From an uncultured Oligoflexia bacterium (GTDB lineage Bacteria > Bdellovibrionota > UBA1018 > UBA923), in assembly GCA_964649095.1 (NCBI GenBank), contig CAZYPH010000001.1, forward strand, positions 69,407 to 124,167: a stretch of 54,761 bases of DNA, read 5' to 3'. Each line of letters starts with the position of its first letter. Position 1 is the stretch's first letter. The notes under the pieces were generated by a model, which had not been told where the DNA came from, did no database searches, and saw nothing but the letters and a program-made list of their open reading frames with translations. Shown here piece by piece: positions 7,553 through 16,662 of the stretch. Made by a program: the position numbers and the translations under genes.

Positions 7553-10293
7553 ACAACTGGCGATATTTTATTGCCGTCCTACTTAGCCTCGCTCTATCCT
7601 ATTCGACCAACGCAATTACATATATTTACAATCGAAAATTTACCCCTAACTTTGGCTTCTTAGGAACTATCAGCAACTACGAGGTAAGTTGCGATGAACT
7701 CCCCATTAAATTTAGAGAGAATTGTGCGAGCGCGTACTCAATACCACTCTTGCAAAATACAATTTTGACTTCAATAATGTCTCACACTACAGCCGAGGTT
7801 GGTATCGGTTTCATTTTAAGAGATACCCTATGGTTATGCTACAATGCCGAGCAACATCAACCAATATACGAAAGCTCCTCCTCAACGTTAGGGCCCATTC
7901 GGCATGACCTCTTACTGTACAACACTGCCACCGTTCCAATAAAGGATTGTAGCAATAGACTGTACATAAAACTTAAACACGACGATCGATTTTTCTTTAG
8001 CAGAATTTCTGGCACTTCAGGCCCCCTAACAATCGGCCACCCCGCGATTATTCGCTCCTACAAAAATGCGATCGATTTTTTTTCCTCCTATTTTCGTATT
8101 TTGTTAGCCGGTCTCTGTTTTTTACTCCTTCTCGTTTCTAACGACACACACCGTAAAAAAATACCTGGCTTAAGGCCCTATCGCTGGGCAATCTTCTTTG
8201 TAGCTGTTCACTTCTTTGCCTCAAGTTCGCTTATCGATGTAATCCTACCAACAACATTTTCTATAGGTTTTCTGCTCTTAATGGCTGGTGGGTCAGCTAG
8301 CTTTATTGCACTCATAATCAGCGCACTACAAGTATACTCATCCAAGGCAAGCTCACTTACTACCACCGAGCCTGTTGCAATCAGCACGATTCGGTCTTTT
8401 GTGAATAGTAAGTTTGTTCACTACTTGAATGGCCCGTCGATTCTACTGTTTCTCACCAGCTATTATGCAATTGCCACAGGCTCTCATTACTTACCGATTC
8501 AAACAGCACTAATGATTTCATCCGTCATTGTCGCGCTACTTACGCGTTCAGCAGGCCTGCTGATCTTTTCGGCGCTAGCTATTACGAATATTCTAGCTGC
8601 CTACAATGTGCTACCGGGCCACCCCACTAACTCTGCATCACATTTTCTATTGTTTTTATTCGTAATAGACACCTTTGAAAGCTTGAAAACTAAACAAAGA
8701 TTAATTTATATCGTCAATGAATCGAAGACACATCAAGCGCCCCACTTACTTCTGAGTTTTCTCGTTGAACGATTCAAGATCAAACGTATTTCTACATCGA
8801 TGTTTACCAATTCGTATGAGTTTATTACCCGAAGATTTACTGGTGGCAGCGAACAAACACTGACCGTAGAAAAACGAGTTTCTCGACTAGCTGCCCACGT
8901 TATGACCTCTCGCATTCCACTACTTCGAGTACAAGTTGCCTCAGAAGAATCAAAAATTTTAAAAGGACCCGATGCTAAGTTCTTTATCAAGCGCGGGCAT
9001 GAGTTCTGTATTTTTCCATTGATCTATTCCGAGAAAGCACTAGGAACGCTAAATATTAGTGGATACCCTCGATGGCTTCTCGCTGAACCTATGCAAATGA
9101 ACTTATTCTATAGTCTGATTATCCAGTTAACTGAACCACTTGCAGAATTAAAGTATCGGTCCGATCTTTCTCCAAATATTGATGAGCAACATAAAATTCA
9201 GACCCTCCAAGCTAAGTTTTTGGCTCAACCAAACAGATCCCACGAAAATCTCGTTGTCGCATTTGGTGACATCGCCAAAAGTATCGATGCAACGATAATC
9301 ATTTCCAAAGCCGAACCAGACAATGATCGATTTAGAACATTTTCGTCGCACAACTATACTCAAGATGCTGCAGACTTTCTTGAAACCCATACTCCATCGC
9401 TTAGTAATCGATTAGTAGCCAGTCCAGCCAATATCGCATTTCATCAGAAGAGCGCGGTCTTCATCGGCAATATTTTGAGTATGTTGAGCATCTACCAAGA
9501 GTTTCTTGTAGGCTTATTGAAGCAAAACGAGACCAAGAGCCTATTCGTAAGCCCAATACTAATTAAAGAATCCGACTCGCCATGGGGTTTAGTTTGGCTT
9601 GAATTTCACAATCGTTTTCACCGACCAGAAAGTGATTTGCGTGAGCTAGGTGAATTTGTCACAAAATCATTTACGACCATGCTGTGCGCTCACTTCGACT
9701 ATCGTGAGCAACAGCTTATTAACGAAGAGTTCTCAAGTGCAGTACCTGAATACGTCGTTGCGAAAATCAAACAAAATATTGATCCACGAGAAGTGGAAGA
9801 AGGTTATCTTTTAAACATCGATCTATCGGGCAGCACGAAATTAGCGAATGCAATTGGCAACAAAGATTTTACGAAAATTATTGAGAATCTCACACAAAGA
9901 CTTGAACATAGGCTTTCACTATTTGATTTTCGTCTCCAAATGATAGTTTGGGACTCCTTTGCATTTACTCGAAAACAGGACCGATTGAACTACTTAGATA
10001 CTGTAGTGATCGACGCAATCTTGCATGCCATTGCAGATGAGATAGAGCAACTAAACGCCACTGAGCTCCACGACTACCCTATAAGCTTTCGAGCGATCCT
10101 TAACCATGGGGATACTACGCGGGACTGGAGCAACGGCAACCTAAAACACTGGACTATAGTTGGTAGCGCCTACGCTGAAAGCTGCAAACTAGAGCAAATG
10201 CTAAAACCCGAAACCCAGGTAATTTTGATTGATAAATCCTGTCCTAACTTTTCTAGCACGACAAAGCGCCTATTGATTGATCGGGCCGCCTAA
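7549..10293 (+). CDS. 914-aa membrane receptor: signal peptide, extracytoplasmic domain, ~7 TM helices, two GAF-like domains, C-terminal divergent class III nucleotidyl cyclase-like domain
   Basis: GTG start with GGAG 5 nt upstream. N-terminus MNNWRYFIAVLLSLALSYSTNA. About 7 hydrophobic helices span aa ~176-376. GAF-like ends are CIFPLIYSEKALGTLNISGY and SLFVSPILIKESDSPWGLVWLEF. Cyclase-like motifs are LLNIDLSGST, IVWDSFAF, FRAILNHGD and VGSAYAESCKLE. Confidence 0.75.
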   Translation: MNNWRYFIAVLLSLALSYSTNAITYIYNRKFTPNFGFLGTISNYEVSCDELPIKFRENCASAYSIPLLQNTILTSIMSHTTAEVGIGFILRDTLWLCYNAEQHQPIYESSSSTLGPIRHDLLLYNTATVPIKDCSNRLYIKLKHDDRFFFSRISGTSGPLTIGHPAIIRSYKNAIDFFSSYFRILLAGLCFLLLLVSNDTHRKKIPGLRPYRWAIFFVAVHFFASSSLIDVILPTTFSIGFLLLMAGGSASFIALIISALQVYSSKASSLTTTEPVAISTIRSFVNSKFVHYLNGPSILLFLTSYYAIATGSHYLPIQTALMISSVIVALLTRSAGLLIFSALAITNILAAYNVLPGHPTNSASHFLLFLFVIDTFESLKTKQRLIYIVNESKTHQAPHLLLSFLVERFKIKRISTSMFTNSYEFITRRFTGGSEQTLTVEKRVSRLAAHVMTSRIPLLRVQVASEESKILKGPDAKFFIKRGHEFCIFPLIYSEKALGTLNISGYPRWLLAEPMQMNLFYSLIIQLTEPLAELKYRSDLSPNIDEQHKIQTLQAKFLAQPNRSHENLVVAFGDIAKSIDATIIISKAEPDNDRFRTFSSHNYTQDAADFLETHTPSLSNRLVASPANIAFHQKSAVFIGNILSMLSIYQEFLVGLLKQNETKSLFVSPILIKESDSPWGLVWLEFHNRFHRPESDLRELGEFVTKSFTTMLCAHFDYREQQLINEEFSSAVPEYVVAKIKQNIDPREVEEGYLLNIDLSGSTKLANAIGNKDFTKIIENLTQRLEHRLSLFDFRLQMIVWDSFAFTRKQDRLNYLDTVVIDAILHAIADEIEQLNATELHDYPISFRAILNHGDTTRDWSNGNLKHWTIVGSAYAESCKLEQMLKPETQVILIDKSCPNFSSTTKRLLIDRAA

Positions 10294-11322
10294 AGACTCG
10301 CTAGTTCGCTTCAGCAGGATGTTTGACCAGGTCATACCAGCCCCAAATACCGATACCAACACGATAGCATTAGGCTTAATTTTAGATTGATTTTGACTAA
10401 GAACGGTTACCCAACCGGATGAACTCGTATTCCCGAAACGATCAACATTATATAAATGTTTTTGCTGCGGTAAACCAACTCTATCGATCAATTCCGCCAT
10501 CATCACTAGGTTTGATTGATGCAATACGACGTGATCAACTTGAGCTAAAGTGAGATTATTTTTCCTTAGGATAAGCTCTATCTTTGAAGGCATCTGCGTC
10601 AACACGAACTCCACTACCGCACGACCGTCTTGCTGGAACTTTGGCTCAGAACGCTTCCGTCTATTTACTCTAGGCTTACCTGGTTGTAATTCACCCGTTG
10701 CCATTTCATTGATAGTTAAGTGCGACGTATCGGATGTTCGCAATTCTTGTACAATATCTAAACCTTGCCCACCAATATCCACATCAATCAATTGAAACGC
10801 GCCACTTTCCTTCGAAACGAACAACATGCTCGCGGCATCACCAAACAATATACAAGAACGCCGATCACCATAATCGACGTATCGAGTAAATGCCTCAGCA
10901 TTGAGAACCAAAACATCGTTATAAAAAGTGGTGGACAAAACACTTCTCGCTAGAAAGACAGCATATGCAACGGATGTACAAGCACTTTTCAATTGGAAGA
11001 CTGGTGCCACTAAACCTTCATCTTTTGCAATTAAATTACCTGGATTGGGATAGTGTAAATCATCGTGACTCGCAGCCGATATAATTAAATCAATTTTGGG
11101 CCAATCGTTAACTAATGCTTCGGACTTCCACTTTGCTATGAGCCGCCGCAGTAATTCATATCCTGGTAGGTCACCTTGATAGTCGGTCATACTGCGACGC
11201 TCGATTATCCCAGTTTTCGACAGCACCCACGCAGGGTCCGCATCACAGATACCTTTCAAAAAATGGTTATCAACTATGTGGTCGGGATGATAGTGAGCTA
11301 GGTTCTTCAGATAAATAGACAT
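10270..11322 (-). CDS. 3-oxoacyl-ACP synthase III (FabH/KAS III)-like condensing enzyme, stand-alone
   Basis: Cys-His-Asn triad contexts: QLKSACTSVAYA, VVLHQSN, RFGNTSSSG. Length 350 aa. Overlaps the 3' end of the 7549 gene by 24 nt (convergent). Confidence 0.85.
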   Translation of the reverse strand: MSIYLKNLAHYHPDHIVDNHFLKGICDADPAWVLSKTGIIERRSMTDYQGDLPGYELLRRLIAKWKSEALVNDWPKIDLIISAASHDDLHYPNPGNLIAKDEGLVAPVFQLKSACTSVAYAVFLARSVLSTTFYNDVLVLNAEAFTRYVDYGDRRSCILFGDAASMLFVSKESGAFQLIDVDIGGQGLDIVQELRTSDTSHLTINEMATGELQPGKPRVNRRKRSEPKFQQDGRAVVEFVLTQMPSKIELILRKNNLTLAQVDHVVLHQSNLVMMAELIDRVGLPQQKHLYNVDRFGNTSSSGWVTVLSQNQSKIKPNAIVLVSVFGAGMTWSNILLKRTSESLGGPINQ

Positions 11323-11420
11323 ATATATATATTATCTTATAAATTACCGTGATCAAACAACGGTGATCTGAGTACAAGAAATGAGAACTTCAACTTTGCT
11401 AAACGAACAGACCTAATAGC

Positions 11421-11924
11421 TCACTTCCCCCCACCACCCCTCCCCCCAAAAAACTCCTTAACCCGCTCTTTGGCGAGTTTGGGGTCGAATTTGTATAGGT
11501 AGGGGTCGAAGCCGCAGTGCGGACAGATCAGGCTTTGGCGGGCGCGGGCGCGGTAAAAGAATTCAAATAGCACCCAAATGGGTAGCGATACAAACACACC
11601 CTTCACCCCAAAAAGCGGGTACAAAACAACAAGACAAAAAATAGTAAATACAGATAGTTGTATATAGTGTTTTAACTGTGGCTTGGGCCAATAAAACGAC
11701 CGACGTTCAGCCGAACACAACGGGCAATAGAACGTCCAGAACGGCCTCTTTTGCAAAATAAACGGCAACTCAGAACCCAAAACTCTCTGTGCTTGGCCAT
11801 CCGCCCGTCCGACCAATCCACCAGACCCAGCAGTCACGGCGCTCGGCTTTACACCAGCACTCTCACCAGCGCCTGCGCCATCCTTTTTTACCCCACCACC
11901 GTCTTTTGATTCGCCATCCTGCAT
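11421..11924 (-). CDS. Small membrane protein with two CxxC pairs flanking a TM hairpin; Gly-rich termini
   Basis: CPLCSAERR...(two hydrophobic helices)...CPHCGFDP. No family recognised. The start is uncertain. Confidence 0.45.
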   Translation of the reverse strand: MQDGESKDGGGVKKDGAGAGESAGVKPSAVTAGSGGLVGRADGQAQRVLGSELPFILQKRPFWTFYCPLCSAERRSFYWPKPQLKHYIQLSVFTIFCLVVLYPLFGVKGVFVSLPIWVLFEFFYRARARQSLICPHCGFDPYLYKFDPKLAKERVKEFFGGRGGGGK

Positions 11925-12112
11925 ACTCCTCTATTCTATTACCTTCTCAAACGAAGTCAAAAGTGCGGCCGGTAGGCAAAATATGTGGTATAGCTTGGCG
12001 GACCAGAAAAACAAGGAACACCTCAATCAGCCCACACCGCATCGCGCCATCCAATATAGAACTACTGTGGCCGGTACGGCAGTGGCTTAAACTTTCAGAA
12101 AACACGATATTT

Positions 12113-13582
12113 ATGACAGGCAAGATGTTCTCTACCCCTTACCCCGAATTTTACCGCGCCGTAAGCCATCAGATTCGAGATGATCTTTTGGTTCCGGGAA
12201 AAATCTCACGTTCGATCCTAAAAGAAGTCCTTCAACTGAGCCGCGTATTTACCGAGAATCGAGAGCCGACCTCAAACGATGCATCGTCGCGTTATTTTTT
12301 GGAACAGAAAAACATTCGCGCCTACTGCACCTACTATTTGCCTCTCAATTTTAACAAGCTGCGCAACATACTAAAAGGCGCTGGGTTTCCAAACAAAACG
12401 GCGTTTCAGGCGTTGTTACAACAAGACTCTATTTCGATAGTTGATTTTGTTTCTGGCCCAGCCACTGCGACGTTAGCGCTGCTCGATCTTTTATTATCGC
12501 CTCAAACACAGTCGAATATAAAAACGATATCGATTCACTTGGTAGAGGAAGTCGCCGAGGTTGCCTCGGCCGGCAAAAACATTCTCAACGCCTACCTTAA
12601 TGAAAAAGCACCTGCACTCGAATGGAACATCACCACACAACCCACAGCCGCTTTTTATGCGACGCCTGTGGCGCATGATATTTTCTTAGCAGCCAACGTC
12701 TTCAACGAACTACCGGCCGGCACAGAAGCGTTCGAAGCCGCTTGTTTGCTAGCTCGACACGGCACCCTAATTGTAGAGCCCAGCCACCGAGTACCCACAC
12801 AACGCCTTATTCGACTGCGCGATCGTCTCTTAAAAACAGCGCCCAGCACCCATATATTGGCGCCGTGCACGCACAATAAAAAATGCCCCATGCATCGAAC
12901 CGATAATTGGTGTCATTTTGCAGATGAAAACACCGATGAAATTTTAGAGGCCCTGAGCATGATGATTTTTCGTGATGCGCGGCGTTTTTTAAAATATTCA
13001 TTTCTATTTTTTCAATCAAACCCGCCAGCAGCGAACACCACAACAAACTCAATAGAAAATATTGATACACCTCAACACCATGCCCGCGCCGTAGGCGACC
13101 TCATCCATTCTCGCCGTGGTGGTTTTGCGATCGATGTTTGCGGCGTCTTTGACGACCAACCACAGAAGTTAGAACTCCACATCACCGATGATCTGCCACA
13201 AAGCCTTATCAATAAAATTCGTCGAGGTAGCACACTCCTACTTAGTGAAACACCGAAGGCGACTAACAAACAAAGTGGCCCAAAATCAGTATTCAATGCC
13301 GCGCCGGCATCGCCCTATAAAGTACGCAGCGCCGAGCCTTTTTTAAAACACCAGCCCCGAGGCCCTAAAACTGATAGCGACAAAAATAAAACCCCTCGGA
13401 GCGCCATGGGGCGTCCAGAGGCGATACGTCCTCGATCACAGGATCTGAAGCCGGCACGCCCCGGTCCGGAACGTCCTCGTCGGTCGTTGAACGATCGCCC
13501 TGGCGCGTCGTTAAGTTCTCGTTCACCGATACGTCGAGCAACTCCATTGCCTCGTGTGACACCAAAGAAACCATCGCGATAG
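12113..13582 (+). CDS. Rsm22-like SAM-dependent methyltransferase with a basic/Pro-rich C-terminal tail
   Basis: SAM-binding-like VDFVSGPATATLALLDL, ANVFNELP, and the Cys cluster APCTHNKKCPMHRTDNWCHF. I use the ATG at 12113 (MTGKMF). The ORF-track start at 11789 would overlap the opposite-strand gene and reads as low-complexity sequence. Confidence 0.7.
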   Translation: MTGKMFSTPYPEFYRAVSHQIRDDLLVPGKISRSILKEVLQLSRVFTENREPTSNDASSRYFLEQKNIRAYCTYYLPLNFNKLRNILKGAGFPNKTAFQALLQQDSISIVDFVSGPATATLALLDLLLSPQTQSNIKTISIHLVEEVAEVASAGKNILNAYLNEKAPALEWNITTQPTAAFYATPVAHDIFLAANVFNELPAGTEAFEAACLLARHGTLIVEPSHRVPTQRLIRLRDRLLKTAPSTHILAPCTHNKKCPMHRTDNWCHFADENTDEILEALSMMIFRDARRFLKYSFLFFQSNPPAANTTTNSIENIDTPQHHARAVGDLIHSRRGGFAIDVCGVFDDQPQKLELHITDDLPQSLINKIRRGSTLLLSETPKATNKQSGPKSVFNAAPASPYKVRSAEPFLKHQPRGPKTDSDKNKTPRSAMGRPEAIRPRSQDLKPARPGPERPRRSLNDRPGASLSSRSPIRRATPLPRVTPKKPSR

Positions 13583-14909
13583 GTTCCCCTTTTTGTAGAG
13601 GGACAGCACCGGGAATAAAAAGAACCTCCTGCACCAGATGCTCGGCTAACGTCGCAGACCCTCTAGCGCTGTTTGCATTTCGTGTGCCCTCGGTTTCGGC
13701 CTGCGTCATGGTGCAGACGGCATAAAAGATCGAGTCTAATCCGTTGGTTTTAGCCGCCTCTTCTAACATCGAACGCTGTACTACACTCAACGCACGAATG
13801 CGCTCGTAGTCGAACGCACGCGCTAATATTTCGGGATGTTTACGGATCGTGCCCAAACCAGAACAAGGCGCGTCAATCAACACTACTGTGGGCATGATTG
13901 TCGCACCATCGGCCGAGGCAAAATCGAGGGCATTGTAAGCGCCACAATATACAGATATCTGTATATCTAGAAATTTATCTAAATCTAATTTTTTTATTTT
14001 TGGTAACGTCGACGACTCAAAAATTTCAACCTGTTTAGCATCCGTATCAAACGCCAACCACTCTACCCCACGCGCGTCCATTGGTCCGTTTCGATCATGG
14101 CGTAAAAGCGCCTGTAATCGAGAAAGCACACTCAACGTTTTGGTGCCTTTACCAGAACCTATTTCAATCACCCGCACACGTTTTGAAGTCTTTAACAGAG
14201 TCATCATACGATGGGCCACTTGCTCGCAGAACAGCTGGCTGGCTAGCGATTGGGGTTGGTAGCGTTCAAAATCAATCAGATCGTTAAAAACACAAAACTG
14301 CGCACTGTCTAATTCAAAAGTCTCGACCGGGTGGTCGCGTGACATTTCTTGAAGTGCGCCAATAGTACGTGTCTGAGCGCGACGCTGGGCCTCTTTTTTG
14401 GAAACACTGGTAGACACATCATCAAGCGACGACACCCAAGACAGCGCTCCGACTAGGCCTTCAGGAAATTTTGTAAACGTCAAAAACTCTTGAACCAATG
14501 CCGCACGGTTTTCGATAAAATAATACAGCACTTTAAAACCGAACTGGCTCTCTGGCTTTGAATACGCAGCACTTAAACGCTTCCATTCAGCGCTCAATAC
14601 GTGGGCTGGCACGCCATCGTCAATTTTGTCAAAAAGACACTCGCCACACAACACTAACAACAGGGCCTGTAGGCGCCTGTCGGGCGTCTTTTTGGCAAAA
14701 CGTGAAACGACGTCATTAAAAAATAAATGTAAACGCAAAGCGCGCACTACGGCTCGACGCACCAGTCGTCGCTGCGAGGGTTCAATCGATGCGGCTAAAA
14801 ACGGCTCACCACGTAATACCGCCTCGACAAGTTTTGCAGCCGCTGCGCGTACGTCAGCGCCGCCTAAAGAAACACTAGAACTATTAGATACAATGCGTTT
14901 TTCAGCCAT
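13365..14909 (-). CDS. RsmB/NOL1/NOP2/Sun-family RNA cytosine-C5 methyltransferase
   Basis: VIEIGSGKGTKT (SAM), LIDAPCSGLGTIRKHPE (motif IV), YAVCTMTQAETEG (motif VI), C-terminal EGFYFCRYQF. Start taken at MAEKR (14909). Confidence 0.85.
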   Translation of the reverse strand: MAEKRIVSNSSSVSLGGADVRAAAAKLVEAVLRGEPFLAASIEPSQRRLVRRAVVRALRLHLFFNDVVSRFAKKTPDRRLQALLLVLCGECLFDKIDDGVPAHVLSAEWKRLSAAYSKPESQFGFKVLYYFIENRAALVQEFLTFTKFPEGLVGALSWVSSLDDVSTSVSKKEAQRRAQTRTIGALQEMSRDHPVETFELDSAQFCVFNDLIDFERYQPQSLASQLFCEQVAHRMMTLLKTSKRVRVIEIGSGKGTKTLSVLSRLQALLRHDRNGPMDARGVEWLAFDTDAKQVEIFESSTLPKIKKLDLDKFLDIQISVYCGAYNALDFASADGATIMPTVVLIDAPCSGLGTIRKHPEILARAFDYERIRALSVVQRSMLEEAAKTNGLDSIFYAVCTMTQAETEGTRNANSARGSATLAEHLVQEVLFIPGAVPLQKGEPIAMVSLVSHEAMELLDVSVNENLTTRQGDRSTTDEDVPDRGVPASDPVIEDVSPLDAPWRSEGFYFCRYQF

Positions 14910-14970
14910 TTTTATCACCAATTCAATTCTCAGGCGTTTTTTCGGGACACGAGTAAATTTGCCTACAGGC

Positions 14971-14992
14971 AAAAATACTTCGAAGTTTTTTT
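14971..14992. promoter_or_regulatory. 22-bp palindrome (1 mismatch) in the divergent promoter region upstream of AAA_14 paralog P4
   Basis: AAAAATACTTCGAAGTTTTTTT, with a perfect 10-bp core ACTTCGAAGT, 34-55 bp upstream of ATG 15026. Confidence 0.35.
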
Positions 14993-15025
14993 GCCTGCGG
15001 TCAAAAAAACTCGTATCATAAAACT

Positions 15026-16213
15026 ATGATTATTCGAGCCATTGAGGGCACCATTCGCGATGATCTCAATAAAAAAATGGTTTTACTATCCGGTCCTCGC
15101 CAGTGCGGTAAAACCACGTTAGCCAAAAGTTTATTCTCGAATAAAAAATCGACGTATTATAACTGGGACGTCCTCACCCACCGTCGCCTGATACAGCAAG
15201 GCCAACTCGAGACCAACACCACCTACTGGATCTTTGACGAGCTTCATAAATACCATCGATGGAAGAATTGGCTAAAAGGTATCTATGACCTTGAACACAA
15301 AAATCATTCCATACTAGTGACCGGAAGCGCCAACTTACGCGTCTACAGCCGTGGGGGCGACTCTCTACAAGGGCGCTATTTTGCACACCACTTGCACCCC
15401 TTTACGTTACGAGAGGTCACCGGTAGGCCTGCAATTAGTGATCTCGATAGGATACCACTGCTAGATGAGAGCCCGAAGGCAGCCGATCGTAGTTTATTAG
15501 AAGCGCTGCTTCTCTTTGGCGGATTTCCAGAACCCTTTGTATCGCACTCTAAAACCCACGCCGATCGTTGGCGTCTAAGCTACAGTGAACAACTCATACG
15601 CGACGAAATTCGCAATCTAGAATCGTTAAAAGACCTAGACCGCGTTGAACTCCTTTTTGAGCGCCTGACGGAGACTGTTGGCTCTGTATTGTCGATCAAT
15701 AGCCTACGAGAAGACCTAGAAGTAGCATTTAAGTCTGTAAAAAGTTGGATTGATGTCTTCGACAATCTCTATGCCACATTCCGCATCGCACCGTTCGGCA
15801 CACCACGCATCAAAGCGGTCAAAAAGGAGCAAAAACTCTATTTTTGGGACTGGAGTCGCATCGAAGATCCCGCCAAACGTTTTGAAAATGCCATCGCAGC
15901 GCATCTGTTGAGGCTCGTCGACTGGGCGCGCGACACTCAAGGCCAGAAATGGGAACTACGTTATTTTCGTGACATTAACGGCCGAGAAGTCGATTTCATT
16001 ATCCTTCGCAACGCAAAACCGTGGATGGCAATTGAAGTAAAATCCAGCGAAACCAGCGTGAGCCCGCACCTGAAATACCTGTTGGAGCGTGTGAAAATTC
16101 CGCACGCCTTTCAAGTAAGTCTCGATAGTAAAACCGACTGGAAAACAGAACCCATCAATGGCACGGCGATACGGATGACTAGTGCCACACGCTTTCTGCT
16201 AGCTCTAGCTTAG
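15026..16213 (+). CDS. AAA+ ATPase of the AAA_14/DUF4143 family (paralog P4; closest to P1)
   Basis: SGPRQCGKTT, WIFDELHK, LVTGSANLR, KEQKLYFWDWS, REVDFIILRNAKPWMAIEVK (D...ExK). Confidence 0.85.
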   Translation: MIIRAIEGTIRDDLNKKMVLLSGPRQCGKTTLAKSLFSNKKSTYYNWDVLTHRRLIQQGQLETNTTYWIFDELHKYHRWKNWLKGIYDLEHKNHSILVTGSANLRVYSRGGDSLQGRYFAHHLHPFTLREVTGRPAISDLDRIPLLDESPKAADRSLLEALLLFGGFPEPFVSHSKTHADRWRLSYSEQLIRDEIRNLESLKDLDRVELLFERLTETVGSVLSINSLREDLEVAFKSVKSWIDVFDNLYATFRIAPFGTPRIKAVKKEQKLYFWDWSRIEDPAKRFENAIAAHLLRLVDWARDTQGQKWELRYFRDINGREVDFIILRNAKPWMAIEVKSSETSVSPHLKYLLERVKIPHAFQVSLDSKTDWKTEPINGTAIRMTSATRFLLALA

Positions 16214-16662
16214 TCTTTCTGCCCAACACGCTCACGTGCGATATGTTCTTGAGTCATAATGTAGGGACTATTCGCATCGTCTTTTGTTTTTGCAGCCACT
16301 ACCGGTGGGCAGTACACGCCGCACGCACAGGTGGTCATGAGTGTGGAAGTTAAGCTCTGGTAAACGTCATGCAAGCCGTACATACGTTTTAAATCGCCAC
16401 AACGCGACGTTAGAAAGTAGACATCAAAAAGCTCTTTTAACTTTAAACCAAGTTCGACTTTTGAGAGGCGAATGGCACGTTCGGGCTTGTGAAGTTCGCT
16501 CTCTAAACGACTCGTCAGCTCAATTGAGTTTTCTGTGGCCCCTCCTCGAGCAGGGACAACCATCATGAAAATACTAACGACGACAACCCCCACAAGTAGA
16601 GTTCTCACCGCATTTAGAATCAAATAATTAGTGGGGTGTTTGTTATTACAAACCAATCGCAT
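16210..16662 (-). CDS. Hypothetical protein with an N-terminal TM/signal anchor
   Basis: An ORF in the same orientation as sppA, overlapping the sppA stop by 17 nt. Hydrophobic LLVGVVVVSIFMMVV. No recognisable motif. Confidence 0.4.
   Translation of the reverse strand: MRLVCNNKHPTNYLILNAVRTLLVGVVVVSIFMMVVPARGGATENSIELTSRLESELHKPERAIRLSKVELGLKLKELFDVYFLTSRCGDLKRMYGLHDVYQSLTSTLMTTCACGVYCPPVVAAKTKDDANSPYIMTQEHIARERVGQKD

Noticed and set aside
11789-12112. N-terminal 108-aa extension of the Rsm22-like ORF given in the ORF track
   Set aside because: The translation is His/Arg/Pro/Gln-rich low-complexity sequence. It overlaps the opposite-strand gene 11421-11924. The family-like sequence starts only after the ATG at 12113.
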